The notes below the pieces were generated by a model that saw nothing but the letters and a program-made list of their open reading frames with translations, had not been told where the DNA came from and did no database searches. From Macrostomum lignano (taxonomy: Eukaryota), in the NCBI GenBank assembly GCA_002269645.1, contig NIVC01000282.1:1-64000 (forward strand): a stretch of DNA of 64,000 nucleotides. The letters run 5' to 3'. A program made the position numbers and the translations under genes. Of the stretch, positions 34,310 through 48,399 are shown one piece after another. Positions within the stretch are counted from its first letter, which is position 1, and the number at the start of each line of letters is the position of its first letter.

Positions 34310-34860
34310 TCTTAGTGCTCTAATTTCTGTCCTAATGACTGTCTTAATGTCCTAATATCTGTCTTAGTTTCCTAATGTTTGTCCTAATATCTGTCTTAAT
34401 GTCTGTCTTAGTGTCCTAATATCTGTCGCAGTGTCCTAATGTCTGTCTTAGTGTCCTAATGTTTGTCCTAATGTCTGTCCTAATATCTGTCGTCCTTAAT
34501 GTCTGTCCTAATGTATGTCTTAGTGTCCTAATGTTTGTCCTAATGTCTGTCCTAATATCTGTCCTAATGTCTGTCCTAATGTCTGTCCTAATGTCTGTCC
34601 TAATGTCTGTCTTAGTGTCCTAATGTCTGTCCTAATGTCTGTCTTAGTGTCCTAATGTCTGTCCTAATATCTGTCCTTAATATCTGTCCTAATGTCTGTC
34701 TTAGTGTCCTAATGTTTGTCCTAATGTCTGTCCTAATATCTGTCCTAATGTCTGTCCTAATGTCTGTCCTCATGTCTGTCTTAGTGTCCTAATGTCTGTC
34801 CTAATGTCTGTCCTAATTTCTGTCCTAATGTTTGTCTTAGTGCCCCAATGTCTGTCCTAA
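34310..34860. repeat. Degenerate 12-bp-based array (cctaatgtctgt), related to the 30-bp array
   Basis: Shares the cctaatgtctgt and cttagtgt sub-motifs with 30945-32790. Confidence 0.85.
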
Positions 34861-35664
34861 TGCCTATCTTAGCGATAGTAAATTGGCAATCAGTGTGGCA
34901 ATAGCGTATCTAGAAAAGGTGTAAAAACTCGTTGTAACATAAAAGTTTTCCCAAGAGTTCTTCGTGTGCGGGCCTCGGGCTGATCCCCAAGTTAAACTTT
35001 TTGCCAGTTCAAAATGCCAGTTTTGCAAATTCCCGAGGCCGTCTCTCTGCAAGGCCCAGACAGACCGGGGTAATAAAATTTTTCTGTGTTTTTTCTTCTT
35101 TTTCTGTTCGCGTTCGCCGCCATCCACCATTCACTTGCCCAGGTGCGTGTCCGGGAGGTGGCGGGAGGAGTAAGATGAGAAGAGGGGAGCGTGGGGTGGT
35201 GGCGTGGGCAATAAAAACTGTATCAAAAGTTCCCACCTAAAAAGGCGCTGATTCCATATTGTTCTTCTTTTTTTATTCTCTTCTTCTGGCGGAACCTCCG
35301 CCGGCTTTTGGAGCAAATCTGGAGCAACTTTAACCCCGAGGCTTAAGTGTTTGGAATTGACTGCACGGGCTCTGGCGGTCTTTAAATTGGGACAGAAAAT
35401 ACCGGCTTTAATAAAAGAGAACAACACCTATTGAACCTGAGGGGTTGACTTTCATTTCTGGGAGACTTGAAGAATTATTGCTGGTAGGTAAAGGTTGCCC
35501 AGCCAGACCTCCACAAAAGGCCAATTGGGGACATTTGCAAGGAAGCCTAGAAGCAGAGGTTTGGAGTGCCAATTCTGCCCGAAATTCCTCCAGTTCCAGA
35601 CACTACAGACTGGGCAAAAGGTTGGGCAATATTCTGTGTAATCATTTATAAAGTTATCGCAGTC

Positions 35665-35975
35665 ACCCTGACGCACTTCAAGCGACATTGTCACACAACC
35701 GGCGAGAGGCATTGCTGCCGGCCATTCCGCCGACTCCCCTGAGCAGGCACACAATCGCGCGGATACGTACGCAGTCATACGCACAGGCACACACTCACAC
35801 AGGAGTGTACAGCAGCCCCTGACTTTTATCGTTAGGCATGTACACTTCACTGTGCCTTGGGGTTGGCCCTCAATGGCGTTAATTGCACGAGCAGAGCCAA
35901 GCCGAGATTCCAATTCAGCCCCAAATCAATGCGACTGCACTTGGAATCGAGCCTGGGCCCCTGGGCTACGGGCCC
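35665..35975 (-). mobile_element. tRNA-derived SINE, copy 2 (deletion between A and B boxes, internal insertion)
   Basis: Long near-identity to 9481-9790 (e.g. cacgagcagagccaagccgagattccaattcagccccaaat; ctgcacttggaatcgagcctgggcc). Confidence 0.72.
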
Positions 35976-36609
35976 TCTTCAGAACTCGATTAAATTGATT
36001 TTAATGCGCTTGATTCACAGCATTTACACTATACAGTTTAGCCTCTAGTTGTCTGTGTGGCTCCGGGTTCCTTTTCTAGCACTCCTTGACTCCTTGTCTA
36101 GACGGGATTGCGGAATTTAAGGGTCATCTAATAGTAGCACAGGCTACAACTATGGGATCCAAGCGGGCACTAGGCCAATAAAATCCCCCCCCGGACTTAG
36201 CCTGTCGAAGACCCTGGGGGTTGGGGGAGAGTAGCGCCCAAGCCGGCAATCTGCACAATAGAAGTAATAATTTAGCAGTAGCAGTTAGTACGGGGTTCTC
36301 AACTTTCTACAGTCAAGTAAAGCGATGAGTGATTTGGTCTCGCTAGTGTTTTTTTTCGCTCGCTAAATTGATAATTTATTGCTTTTAATAGTGTGCACAC
36401 ACTGGGCTGGCGTGTCAGTTGCCTGTGCTGCCGAGGGCTGCTGCAATAACACTATGAATATGATGCAGGATGCCTGATTAAGAATTAGAATTTAGAGAAT
36501 TTATTGCGAATTGTGCGATAGTTCAGAGAATATGAGATATGAGACAGAACATGTGATAGAGTAGAGAGTATGAAATATATTGACTTTGAGATAGAGTGTA
36601 AGATTAGAA

Positions 36610-37945
36610 TGAACGAATTGTAAGATAGGAGTAGACAGAATATGAGATTAGAATGAAGGAATAGTGGAGATAGGAGTAGACAGAATATGAGATTAGAATG
36701 AAGGAATAGTGGAGATAGGAGTAGACAGAATATGAGATTAGAATGAAGGAATTGTGGAGATAGGAGTAGACAGAATATGAGATTAGAATGAAGGAATAGT
36801 GGAGATAGGAGTAGACAGAATATGAGATTAGAATGAAGGAATAGTGGAGATAGGAGTAGACAGAATATGAGATTAGAATGAAGGATTTGTGAGATAGGAG
36901 TAGACAGAATATGAGATTAGAATGAAGGAATTGTGGAGATAGGAGTAGACAGAATATGAGATTAGAATAAAGGAATTGTGGAGATAGGAGTAGACAGAAT
37001 ATGAGATTAGAATGAAGGAGTTGTGGCGATAGGAGTAGACAGAATATGAGATTAGAATGAAGGATTTGTGGAGATAGGAGTAGACAGACTATGAGATTAG
37101 AATGAAGGAATTGTGAGATAGGAGTAGACAGACTATGAGATTAGAATGAAGGATTTGTGAGATAGGAGTAGACAGAATATGAGATTAGAATGAAAGAATT
37201 GTGAGATAGGAGTAGACAGAATATGAGATTAGAATGAAGGAATAGTGGAGATAGGAGTAGACAGAATATGAGATTAGAATGAAGGAATAGTGGAGATAGG
37301 AGTAGACAGAATATGAGATTAGAATGAAGGAATAGTGGAGATAGGAGTAGACAGAATATGAGATTAGAATGAAGGAATTGTGGAGATAGGAGTAGACAGA
37401 ATATGAGATTAGAATAAAGGAATTGTGGAGATAGGAGTAGACAGAATATGAGATTAGAATGAAGGAGTTGTGGCGATAGGAGTAGACAGAATATGAGATT
37501 AGAATGAAGGATTTGTGGAGATAGGAGTAGACAGACTATGAGATTAGAATGAAGGAATTGTGAGATAGGAGTAGACAGACTATGAGATTAGAACGAAGGA
37601 TTTGTGAGATAGGAGTAGACAGACTATGAGATTAGAATGAAGGATTTGTGAGATAGGAGTAGACAGAATATGAGATTAGAATGAAGGATTTGTGGAGATA
37701 GGAGTAGACAGACTATGAGATTAGAATGAAGGAATTGTGAGATAGGAGTAGACAGACTATGAGATTAGAATGAAGGATTTGTGAGATAGGAGTAGACAGA
37801 CTATGAGATTAGAATGAAGGATTTGTGAGATAGGAGTAGACAGAATATGAGATTAGAATGAAGGAATTGTGGAGATAGGAGTAGACAGAATATGAGATTA
37901 GAATGAAGGAATTGTGAGATAGGAGTAGACAGAATATGAGATTAG
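36610..37945. repeat. 44-45-bp purine-rich minisatellite (gagataggagtagacagaatatgagattagaatgaaggaatagtg)
   Basis: Period 45 (36667 to 36712), about 30 copies. Confidence 0.95.
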
Positions 37946-38502
37946 AACAGAAGAAGAGCAAAGTGAAATCGGGAGCAGAAGAAGATAAGCAACAGAAAAA
38001 GAAAGTGGGGAAGGAACAACAGACGCCCCTTGCCGGCTTTTGATCTCCCCCCTCTCTCTCCCGCACCGAACCAGACAAGCCGCAAACAAAACTGCCGGTC
38101 GCACCCAGGCCGAACTTCAAAAGGCTCGACCCCAAGCCAGGCCTCAGACAGGGTCTGGCGGACACATGCACTCAAAGGATGCCGCGAGGGCTTCAACATT
38201 GGAGACAAGTAAACCGAGGCATGGGTTTATTTAAACAAGAAAATCATCAACCAGCAGTTATGAGCTATCTATTCTGTTCCTTTCTTTCAATTCTTTCGCA
38301 CGGGCTTGTAATTTTTTTTTTGGGGGGGGGGGGTTGAGCAATCGTGGGAACGGTTTAAAGGAGCCTTTGTTATATTGCTGAGTCAATTGTGGCTACAAGC
38401 AGCGCTTGGGAACTGTTTGTATAGTGCGTGAAATTAGTGAGAGATTCGGGAAAGTCCCTCTAGCCCCCTGATCATACTTCTTTTCCCTTGAACGTAAGGT
38501 GT

Positions 38503-39133
38503 TAGCGCCAAGTTTGGCGCTGTAGGCTAGATTTTAGCGCCAAGTTAAGCGCCGTAGGCTAGATTTTAGCGCCAAGTTTAGCGCTGCAGGCTAGATTTTA
38601 GCGCCAAGTTTAGCGCTGCAGGCTAGATTTTAGCGCCAAGTTTAGCGCTGTAGGCTAGATTTTAGCGCCAAGTTTAGCGCTGTAGGCTAGATTTTAGCGC
38701 CAAGTTTAGCGCTGTAGGCTAGATTTCAGCGCCAAGTTTAGCGCTGTAGGCTAGATTTTAGCGCCAAGTTTAGCGCCGTAGACTAGATTTTAGCGCCAAG
38801 TTTAGCGCTGTAGACTAGATTTTAGCGCCAAGTTTAGCGCCGCAGGCTAGATTTTAGCGCCAAGTTTAGCGCTGCAGGCTAGATTTTAGCGCCAAGTTTA
38901 GCGCTGTAGGCTAGATTTTAGCGTCAAGTTTAGCGCTGCAGGCTAGATTTTAGCGCCAAGTTTAGCGCTGCAGGTTAGATTTTAGCGCCAAGTTTAGCGC
39001 TGCAGGCTAGATTTTAGCGCCAAGTTTAGCGCTGCAGGCTAGATTTTAGCGCCAAGTTTAGCGCTGCAGGCTAGATTTTAGCGCCAAGTTTAGCGCTGCA
39101 GGCTAGATTTTAGCGCCAAGTTTAGCGCTGCAG
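38503..39133. repeat. 32-bp minisatellite (ttttagcgccaagtttagcgctgcaggctaga)
   Basis: Period 32 (38581 to 38613), about 20 copies. Confidence 0.95.
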
Positions 39134-39378
39134 ACTCACCCTTGCTATAATTAAACTACAGAGCTGTCCAGGAATAGCATCGCTGTCAGTTTGCAAGGCT
39201 ATTTAAGTAATGTAGCTTTGCATTGTCTGCTTCACATCGAGCTCTGCACTGTGCATGCTTTGCAAGTGACAGGAAACATCTGAGCAGCATAAGAGCATTT
39301 CCGTGCACTCCGCGAATCAGTGCGTGCGGAGCGTGCAGCATGTTCACAGAATTATGGAGTCTAAGATTAGCGCAGTCG

Positions 39379-40820
39379 TGTTAGATACAGACACTAGACA
39401 AAGCTTGATCTAACATGGCGTTCTTAAAATGTGTTAGATATAGACACTAGACAGAGCTTGATCTAACATGGCGTTCTTAAAATGTGTTAGATATAGACAC
39501 TAGACAGAGCTTGATCTAACATGGCGTTCTTAAAATGTGTTAGATATAGACACTAGACAGAGCTTGATCTAACATGGCGTTCTTAAAATGTGTTAGATAT
39601 AGACACTAGACAGAGCTTGATCTAACATGGCGTTCTTATAATGTGTTAGATATAGACACTAGACAGAGCTTGATCTAACATAGCGTTCTTATAATGTGTT
39701 AGATATAGACACTAGACAGAGCTTGATCTAACATAGCGTTCTTATAATGTGTTAGATATAGACACTAGACAGAGCTTGATCTAACATAGCGTTCTTATAA
39801 TGTGTTAGATATAGACACTAGACAGAGCTTGATCTAACATGGCGGCCTTATAATGTGTTAGATATAGACACTAGACAGAGCTTGATCTAACATAGCGTTC
39901 TTATAATGTGTTAGATATAGACACTAGACAGAGCTTGATCTAACATGGCGTTCTTAAAATGTGTTAGATATAGACACTAGACAGAGCTTGATCTAACATG
40001 GCGTTCTTAAAATGTGTTAGATATAGACACTAGACAGAGCTTGATCTAACATGGCGTTCTTAAAATGTGTTAGATATAGACACTAGACAGAGCTTGATCT
40101 AACATGGCGTTCTTAAAATGTGTTAGATATAGACACTAGACAGAGCTTGATCTAACATGGCGTTCTTAAAATGTGTTAGATATAGACACTAGACAGCGCT
40201 TGATCTAACATGGCGTTCTTAAAATGTGTTAGATACAGACACTAGACAGAGCTTGATCTAACATGGCGTTCTTAAAATGTGTTAGATATAGACAGCGCTT
40301 GATCTAACATGGCGTTCTTATAATGTGTTAGATATAGACAGCGCTTGATCTAACATGGCGGCCTTATAATGTGTTAGATATAGACAGCGCTTGATCTAAC
40401 ATGGCGGCCTTATAATGTGTTAGATATAGACAGCGCTTGATCTAACATGGTGGCCTTATAATGTGTTAGATATAGACACTAGACAGAGCTTGATCTAACA
40501 TGGCGGCCTTATAATGTGTTAGATATAGACACTAGACAGCGCTTGATCTAACATGGCGGCCTTATAATGTGTTAGATATAGACAGCGCTTGATCTAACAT
40601 GGCGGCCTTATAATGTGTTAGATATAGACAGCGCTTGATCTAACATGGCGGCCTTATAATGTGTTAGATATAGACAGCGCTTGATCTAACATGGCGGCCT
40701 TATAATATGTTAGATATAGACAGCGCTTGATCTAACATGGCGGCCTTATAATGTGTTAGATATAGACAGCGCTTGATCTAACATGGCGGCCTTATAATGT
40801 GTTAGATATAGACAGCGTTA
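39379..40820. repeat. 53-bp minisatellite grading into a 46-bp deletion variant, with an internal inverted repeat per unit
   Basis: Period 53 (39379/39432/39485) and 46 (40326/40372); TGTTAGAT...ATCTAACA within each unit. Confidence 0.95.
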
Positions 40821-42149
40821 AGACTGGAAGGTTTATAACCTCTTTGTCTGACTTTGGGTATAATTAATTTATTGGCACCAATTAGCTGAGAATGTTTGAA
40901 GGTCATCAGGCTGCAAAATTATGATTTCAAAATTCAATGACAAAGAGTCCTTTTTATTGCCAGAGCGCGCACAAGTTGCAGTTCTCAAAGCATTAATTAA
41001 TATCATGCTCGCAATGTGTGGCTGGGCAGCGAGAAGGGCACTTGAAAATCAAAGTGCAAGTTGGCCAGTCATAAATTGGCGAGTTTGACATTTAAAAGTT
41101 TTTCATTGGTGCAGTGTTTATTCAATAATAGGAGAGCCTGGATTTGTTTATGACAGGTGGGGTTCACTCACTCGATCCTCTCTCACAGTGACTCCCTTGT
41201 CAAGTGTTAAAAACTGGCAATAAAATTTGCTTGACTAAAGCTTACCTGCCTTATCTCAGTTTTAAGCTCAAACTAGTTTAATTATTTGTCACCTGGAAAT
41301 CCAGAGCAGTCCTCTAGGGTGAGTGTCTGTGTGAGTGTCTGTGGGGTCTAAGGGTCTGAAGGATCAGAGAGGGTAGCGGGCAGTCAACTGAAGGATCAGA
41401 GAGGGTAACGGGAAGTCAACTGAAGGATCAGAGAGGGTAGCGGGCAGTCAACTGAATGTACAGGACAATTTTCAATGAATCCAACTAGCAGTATTTTTTA
41501 AACGCTCGATTTCTACTTCAAATTTAACAAGTCAAGAGTGCTTCACATTGCAGCATACAAAGTTCTAGAACTATTTAGAAATTACTTGACACATACCCAA
41601 TATTATCTTGTTTACTACAGTCCAAAGTTCTTAATAAATTTAATAGCCAATAAAACTATTCAGCTACACGCATATTAGCTCAGATACAAGACTACTTAGA
41701 TAAAACGCTACACCGCATGGGTGTTTGGGTGCAAAATTCACAGGTTGTTTACTTAAGTAAAGTCGTTAAAGTGATAGATACAACTGTATAAAATGCCATG
41801 GTAACAGAAAACGTGTGTGGGGTTGCCACCTCTTCAGTGTGTTTGTTTACCAGCATGTTAGTTTAGCTGCATTTTGTTGACTTCTATATTGAACTAGAAA
41901 AAACATGCATTGGCGCTGGGGGGCTAAACTGTACAGTTTGGGCGGGTTGGGTGGTGCAGTGACCCCTGCAGAGCTGAACTTTGCAACATGCTTGATCTCA
42001 CTGAGCCACTCAGCGAACTCTGCGAACTGGAATGCGAGATCAGCCTACTGGGGAAGGGAATGATTCACGTGATCAATTTTCATGTACATAGCATTTCATG
42101 TAAAGGTATGGACAGTTTGTACAAATTAAATCTCCTCTGTCTATATCCT

Positions 42150-42385
42150 CTCCTCCCCTCTCCTCTCCTCTCCTCTCCTCTCCTCTCCTCTTCTCTCCTC
42201 TTCTCTCCTCTCCTCTCCTCTCCTCTCCTCTCCTCTCCTCTCCTCTCCTCTCCTCTCCTCTCCTCTCCTCTCCTCTCCTCTCCTCTCCTCTCCTCTCCTC
42301 TCCTCTCCTCTCCTCTCCTCTCCTCTTCTCTCCTCTCCTCTCCTCTTCTCTCCTCTCCTCTCGTCTCCTCTCCTCTCCTCTCATC
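42150..42385. repeat. (CTCTC)n microsatellite
   Basis: Visible array. Confidence 0.95.
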
Positions 42386-42969
42386 TCCTTTTCTCCCAAT
42401 AAGTACAGACAAATACAGGTTTTGAATTTGTAGTCTTAGCAAGTTTCAAGTGTTTAAGCTGTTAAGCCGTCATTCCGACTCACAAGAGCTTTATCTCTGG
42501 ATAGTCAGCCGAATACATGCAATGTTTTAGCTTTTACAAACCATGAGAGCACGGCACAGCATAATCAGTTATCTTAGAGTTACAAATATGAGTTGCCGAA
42601 CTTCAGCAAACCCTTCTGGATCCTAATCTAGCCACCAGCAGTGACACACTCTGTGTGCCTGGGCGTTTAAATTTTATTGCCTGGCAAATTTAGGATGAGA
42701 GCAGTTTTTTTCAAAATATTATCTCTTAGAAGAAACATTATTTGTCATGCTCAAGTAACTCTCCGTTCGAGGTTACTGAGTTCATCTGGGAAAATATCTT
42801 TTATCGCTTGTCAGCAGTTGTGAAACCGCCATTAGCAGCTTTAGTAAGTAAGTAGTTCACGCTGGTGGTGCAAACGAACTGGAGTTATCAGTTATTTTCA
42901 CAGACTTTACCAAGGACTTATAGGCACCAAAACTGACTGACTGAAGGCGTGAAAATGAAATAGCCAGAG

Positions 42970-43615
42970 AGAAGAGAGAAAGCAGAGAGTCAGAGAGGAG
43001 AGAAAGCAGAGCGCCAGAGAGGAGAGAAAGCGGAGCGCCAGAGAGGAGAGAAAGCAGAGCGCCAGAGAGGAGAGAAAGCGGAGCGCCAGAGAGGAGAGAA
43101 AGCAGAGCGCCAGAGAGGAGAGAAAGCAGAGCGCCAGAGAGGAGAGAAAGCAGAGCGCCAGAGAGGAGAGAAAGCAGAGCGCCAGAGAGGAGAGAAAGCG
43201 GAGCGCCAGAGAGGAGAGAAAGCAGAGCGCCAGAGAGGAGAGAAAGCAGAGCGCCAGAGAGGAGAGAAAGCGGAGCGCCAGAGAGGAGAGAAAGCGGAGC
43301 GCCAGAGAGGAGAGAAAGCGGAGCGCCAGAGAGGAGAGAAAGCGGAGCGCCAGAGAGGAGAGAAAGCGGAGCGCCAGAGAGGAGAGAAAGCGGAGCGCCA
43401 GAGAGGAGAGAAAGCGGAGCGCCAGAGAGGAGAGAAAGCAGAGCGCCAGAGAGGAGAGAAAGCAGAGCGCCAGAGAGGAGAGAGAAAGCAGAGCGCCAGA
43501 GAGGAGAGAAAGCGGAGCGCCAGAGAGGAGAGAAAGCGGAGCGCCAGAGAGGAGAGAAAGCGGAGCGCCAGAGAGGAGAGAAAGCGGAGCGCCAGAGAGG
43601 AGAGAAAGCGGAGCC
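42970..43615. repeat. 24-bp minisatellite (gagaggagagaaagcggagcgcca)
   Basis: About 26 tandem copies. Confidence 0.95.
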
Positions 43616-44021
43616 CTAGATAGCAGTTTTGATGTCTTAAGTTTATGTTTTCGAAGAGTAAAAGACAGTGAGCCGATTCTCTTCTTTCAGCAATCACAGG
43701 CATTTTTTTATGCTTATATGAAAATCGTCAATGCACAATGTCTGAATACTGATGGACATCAGTACTATTTTTAGCTACAGTCACTGGTTCTGAGTCAAAT
43801 AAGAGTTAAGCTCCAGTTAAAAAGGATATTGAATGAGCTTCCCATGTAACTAGAATAACACAGAGAGGGTGCAATATGAAGGTCAGCAAGTCAGCTATTG
43901 AAGCAGATAAAGAAGCTACAGTATTTACAACTATTTAGGAGCATGTGGTGTACAGTAGAGGTCAACCGTCAGTCCACGAATAGAAGTTCTTGGGGTTTCC
44001 CTATCTTGGTGTTTGGTCATA

Positions 44022-44187
<166 letters not shown>

Positions 44188-44359
44188 TCTGTCAGACAAG
44201 CCAAGCTAAAATGAACAAACTGGTCAAAAGAGAATTACCATTTATGCTTTTGCTGCTCTTCTGCTAGCCTCTCTTTCACTTGGACCGCTAAAATTGGAGA
44301 GAGAGAGAGAGAGAGAGAGAGTGGAGCGAGAGGCCATGTGACTTCAAGCGGGCCGGGTT

Positions 44360-44450
44360 CGCATTGGTCCAGAGGGGTCCCGAAGCCGGTGCTATATAAA
44401 CAGCCAAAGCCGCGAAGCTGTTTCGAGAACTCTCTCTCTCTCAGTCTCAA
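44360..44450 (+). promoter_or_regulatory. Probable TATA-type core promoter of the ETS gene
   Basis: TATATAAA at 44393-44400, a reverse CCAAT (attgg) near 44363 and GA/CT tracts, about 130 bp upstream of the ATG at 44527. Confidence 0.45.
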
Positions 44451-44526
44451 TCAGGTTGTAGAAGAATCATTTTTATAATTTGTTAATTTTCTTCCAAATA
44501 CGATAGGCAGGAGGTGCACAGCGAGA

Positions 44527-46965
44527 ATGGACAGCGACGACATCATCGAGGAGCTGCTGAATGGCAGCGGTTTATCCAGCTATCCGCCTCAGCAGCAGCG
44601 CATGCAACATTGCAGCGGGGTGCCTGCGGGTACAGCCGTGTTCTCAGCTCTGCAATCGGACGCATTCATGGCGAACTGCTCAGAGAACTACTCAACTGGC
44701 TTAGGCTACTGCAGTTCGGCCGGATTTGAGCAGCAGAAGCGACTGACGTTTGAGTCTGCTACGGTGGTGAGTACGAGCGCTTAGCTTGCTTTGATCGGTG
44801 CTGCTGATTGATGGATTATTGATGTCTTAGTGAGTAAGTGAGGGCGCTAGTGAAGGGGTGCCAGTGAAGGGGCGCTAGTGAAGAAGGGGCGCTAGTGAAG
44901 GGGCGCTAGTGAAAGGGCGCTAGTGAAGGGGCGCTAGTGAAGGGGCGCTAGTGAAGGGGCGCTAGTGAAGAGGCGCTAGTGAAGGGGCGCTAGTGAAGGG
45001 GCGCTAGTGAAGAGGCGCTAGTGAAGGGGCGCTAGTGAAGAAGGGGCGCTAGTGAAGAAGGGGCGCTAGTGAAGAGGCGCTAGTGAAGGGGCGCTAGTGA
45101 AGAAGGGGCGCTAGTGAAGAGGCGCTAGTGAAGGGGCGCTAGTGAAGAAGGGGCGCTAGTGAAGATTGAAGAAGGGGCGCTAGTGAAGATTGAAGAAGGG
45201 CGCTAGTGAAGATTGAAGAAGGGCGCTAGTGAAGATTGAAGAAGGGCGCTAGTGAAGATTGAAGAAGGGCGCTAGTGAAGAAAGGTGTTAGCGAAGGTAG
45301 TGAAGAGACCGATAACCCTGTTGAAAAATTAATTTTCCACACGAGTGTGCTCAAGTTCGGACTCAAACACAACCCCATGGCAACCCACCACCAGGCCGCA
45401 CAGACTGCTGACGATCTGAACGGTCTCAACACCTGGGACTTCGCCGTGATGCGCAGCGAATTCGGTGACCTTCAGTCCATCGACAACGCCAAACTCATTG
45501 ACCTTTACTGTCGGCCCAACTGCGGACCCGACAGTCAGAAACTCATCGATCTCACTGATGAAGATTCGCAGCTTCTGGAGCTGCGGAGTCGCTCCGACTC
45601 GGGCTATTCGACAGCCTCTTGCCAGCAGCAGCAGTTCGTTCCGCCCGTGACGTCCGCAACCACAGCCGCAAGCTTCTGGTGCCAGAGCCCCACCTGCCTG
45701 AGCTGCGCCAGCAGCAGCGATGGAGCCGACAGTCCGTCTCCGCCGTCGCTTCTGTCCTCGCCGATTCCGCAGCAGCAGCTGCAGGAGCGCCAGGAGCAGC
45801 GGAGCCACCAGCTGGCTGCACTGGCGGCCAAGCGGCTGGTCTCGGCTGTCGCTGCTGCACCCGCCGCTGGAGGCGTCGTCAAGAGGGCAAAAAAGCAGCG
45901 AACAAGTGAGTGGCGTAGATGCCTGCGTATGCTCACCTACCCTACCTACCTATCTGACCTTCCTACGTATCTTTCTATCTTTTCTGCCTACGTTTCTGCC
46001 TATCTAACTTCCTTGCCTTACCTATCTACCTTTCTACCTACCTGTTTACCTACCTACCTACCTATCTATCTACCTGTCTACCTACCTACCTGTCTACCTA
46101 CCTGTCTACCTACCTACCTACCTATCTATCTACCTGTCTACCTACCTACCTATCTACCTATCTACCTGTCTACCTACCTACCTGTCTACCTACCTGTTTA
46201 CCTACCTGTCTACCTACCTATCTACCTGTCTACCTACCTACCTGTCTACCTACCTGTTTACCTACCTACCTATCTATCTATCTACCTGTCTACCTACGTA
46301 CCTGTCTACCTACCTATCTATCTACCTGTCTACCTACCTATCTACCTGTCTACCTACCTATCTACCTGTCTACCTACCTATCTTCCTGTCTACCTACCTA
46401 TCTACCTGTCTACCTACCTATCTACCTGTCCACCTATCTACCTGTCTACCTATCTACCTGTTTACCTACCTGTTTACCTGTCTACCTACCTACCTACCTA
46501 CTCATCTACCTTTCTAACTAACTGAATCTATCATCAACCCTGTCTGTATACTTTGCCTGTCTACCTGCCTGTCTACCTGCCTACTTCTCTACGCACCTGC
46601 CCGAACCTATTTGGCTAATTATTAACCTAATTGCAACCCTACCTGCAGAGGTGACCAAGTCCCGCCAGCTGCAACTGTGGCAGTTCCTCTACCAGCAGCT
46701 GGACCTGGGCACCGAGGCTGACTGCCTGGACGAAACCGGCCAGCCGAACCTGCACTGGCTGAACCGGCAGGACGGCGTGTTCCGAATCTCCAACCCGAAC
46801 AACCTGGCCGAGGCCTGGGGCAAGCACCGCAGACGAGACAACATGACGTATGAGAAGATGTCGCGCACACTGAGGTACTACTACGACAGGCGCCTCATCA
46901 CCAAGGTGACTGGCAAGCAGCACACCTACCAGTTCCACTACGATGAGTTCCCCGAGCAGGAATAG
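44527..46965 (+). CDS. ETS-domain transcription factor, 3 exons (44527-44766; about 45350/45400-45905, acceptor uncertain; 46649-46965)
   Basis: Last exon: LQLWQFLYQQL..LHWLNRQDGVFRI..LAEAWGKHRRRDNMTYEKMSRTLRYYYDRRLITKVTGKQHTYQF. Donors GTGAGT at 44767 and 45906; the phase-1 acceptor at 46648 gives KKQRTK|VTK. Gln/Ser-rich N-terminus. Confidence 0.9.
44840..45280. repeat. 14-bp minisatellite (gggcgctagtgaag) in ETS intron 1
   Basis: Period 14; a related 12-bp unit (gggcgctaatga) occurs at 20209-20250. Confidence 0.92.
45930..46600. repeat. (CTAC/CTGT/CTAT)n compound microsatellite in ETS intron 2
   Basis: Visible array; explains the YLPV tail of ORF 45275-46525. Confidence 0.93.
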
Positions 46966-48399
46966 AAAAGCACCCCTCCGGTTGGGTCCTGTTTACTCAA
47001 ATGTTCTCATTCGCTGAACTGTTTTGGTCACAAAAATATTAATAAATCGATTTTGAAAGATTTAGAGACAAAAAATAATGAAACTCAAAGTGCGCTACTT
47101 AATTAAGTAGTAATATGAGAAAATTGCATCCGGATTTTTATGGCCAAAAAAGATTCAACGATGAAGATCAGAATTGAGGAGTGCATTTTTTCTCTGTGGT
47201 TTGTGAAACTTGAGTTCGCGCCCAACTTTCAAGTCATCCGGTGTGTTTCAGATTGCCTGACTAATTTCTTATTTGTTTTAATTTGACTGTTTTTTCTGCG
47301 CAAAAAAACTAGACTAAATGTATTTTGGTTCACCCTCTCACTCTGTCCTGCTCCCATTGACTCCGAAGCTGGTGAAATTCCCGCAGCATTCGGTAATGAC
47401 CATTTTTTTATTGCACCGAACTGTGAATTGTCATTCTCGACATTGTTCCATAGCTCATCTGCGACTGTTTATTCAGTGAGGATACTGTGTACCAAGCAGT
47501 CACGTTTATTTATTTACTGTAAATTCACTGCTATAAACAAACATTCGACTGACGCAGCTGAGGCCAAAAAGTACTCCAGCTTAGCTGTCGTCTAATCATT
47601 TTCGTCAATGCTTATCTCTCCCGATCGTCGCACTACTCTAAGTAGGCAAGTAGCGAATCTGCCACGCCCAATTCCGCGCCGTCTATCGATTCCAACTGGT
47701 TCCTTTTTGAAAGCCTGTTCGATCTGTACCGATTGTAGTTGTTTATTTAGTTGGAGCTTTTGCGTTGAAATGTATTTAATTGTTCCTCGATTGGTGGCTC
47801 TCTAATTCTTTACCGACTGCAAGCGACTCCACACGGAGTCCTTGCTAATCCTGGCACTGCGGCGCACTGAAATTTTATCTTTTTTCATTTGTGCCTTTTT
47901 TGTCCCGGCGGATTTCCCGCCCGGACTTTCTTAATTTTTTTGTTTTTTATTACTCTGGGCGCTCGGTGCTCTACTGACAGTAGCATAAATAGCACCCAGT
48001 TTTGTTTATCGGCGCTCTGGTGCTCGGTAACTGTGCGAGCAAATTCTTTATCTTGTCAAGAAATAAAGCCATCAGACTTTACACCCCAACATCTGCACTC
48101 GTAACTATGCACAAATCGACAAGGCACCAGACGGTGTTGCAATTAAAACAAAAAAATCCGAATATAAATTCAACTGGCATTTCAATTTACGAAACTGGAT
48201 TTACTCATTTTAATAGCTGTATAGGTGATAACTTGCGAGTCAAAACAGTTAATGCAAATAGGGTCCAGACAATGAAGGGCAATTAGTTAGAACCGAGTGG
48301 TGTTTTTTGAAAGTTGAGTTGCTATTTCTTAGAACCGACCGGTATTTCTTGGAATTAAGTGGTATTCTTCAAATCGAGTGGAATACTGGCATTTCTTAG

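Noticed and set aside
36610-40820. Regular 32-53-bp repeats as possible CRISPR arrays
   Set aside because: Head-to-tail units without unique spacers, no cas genes, eukaryotic context.
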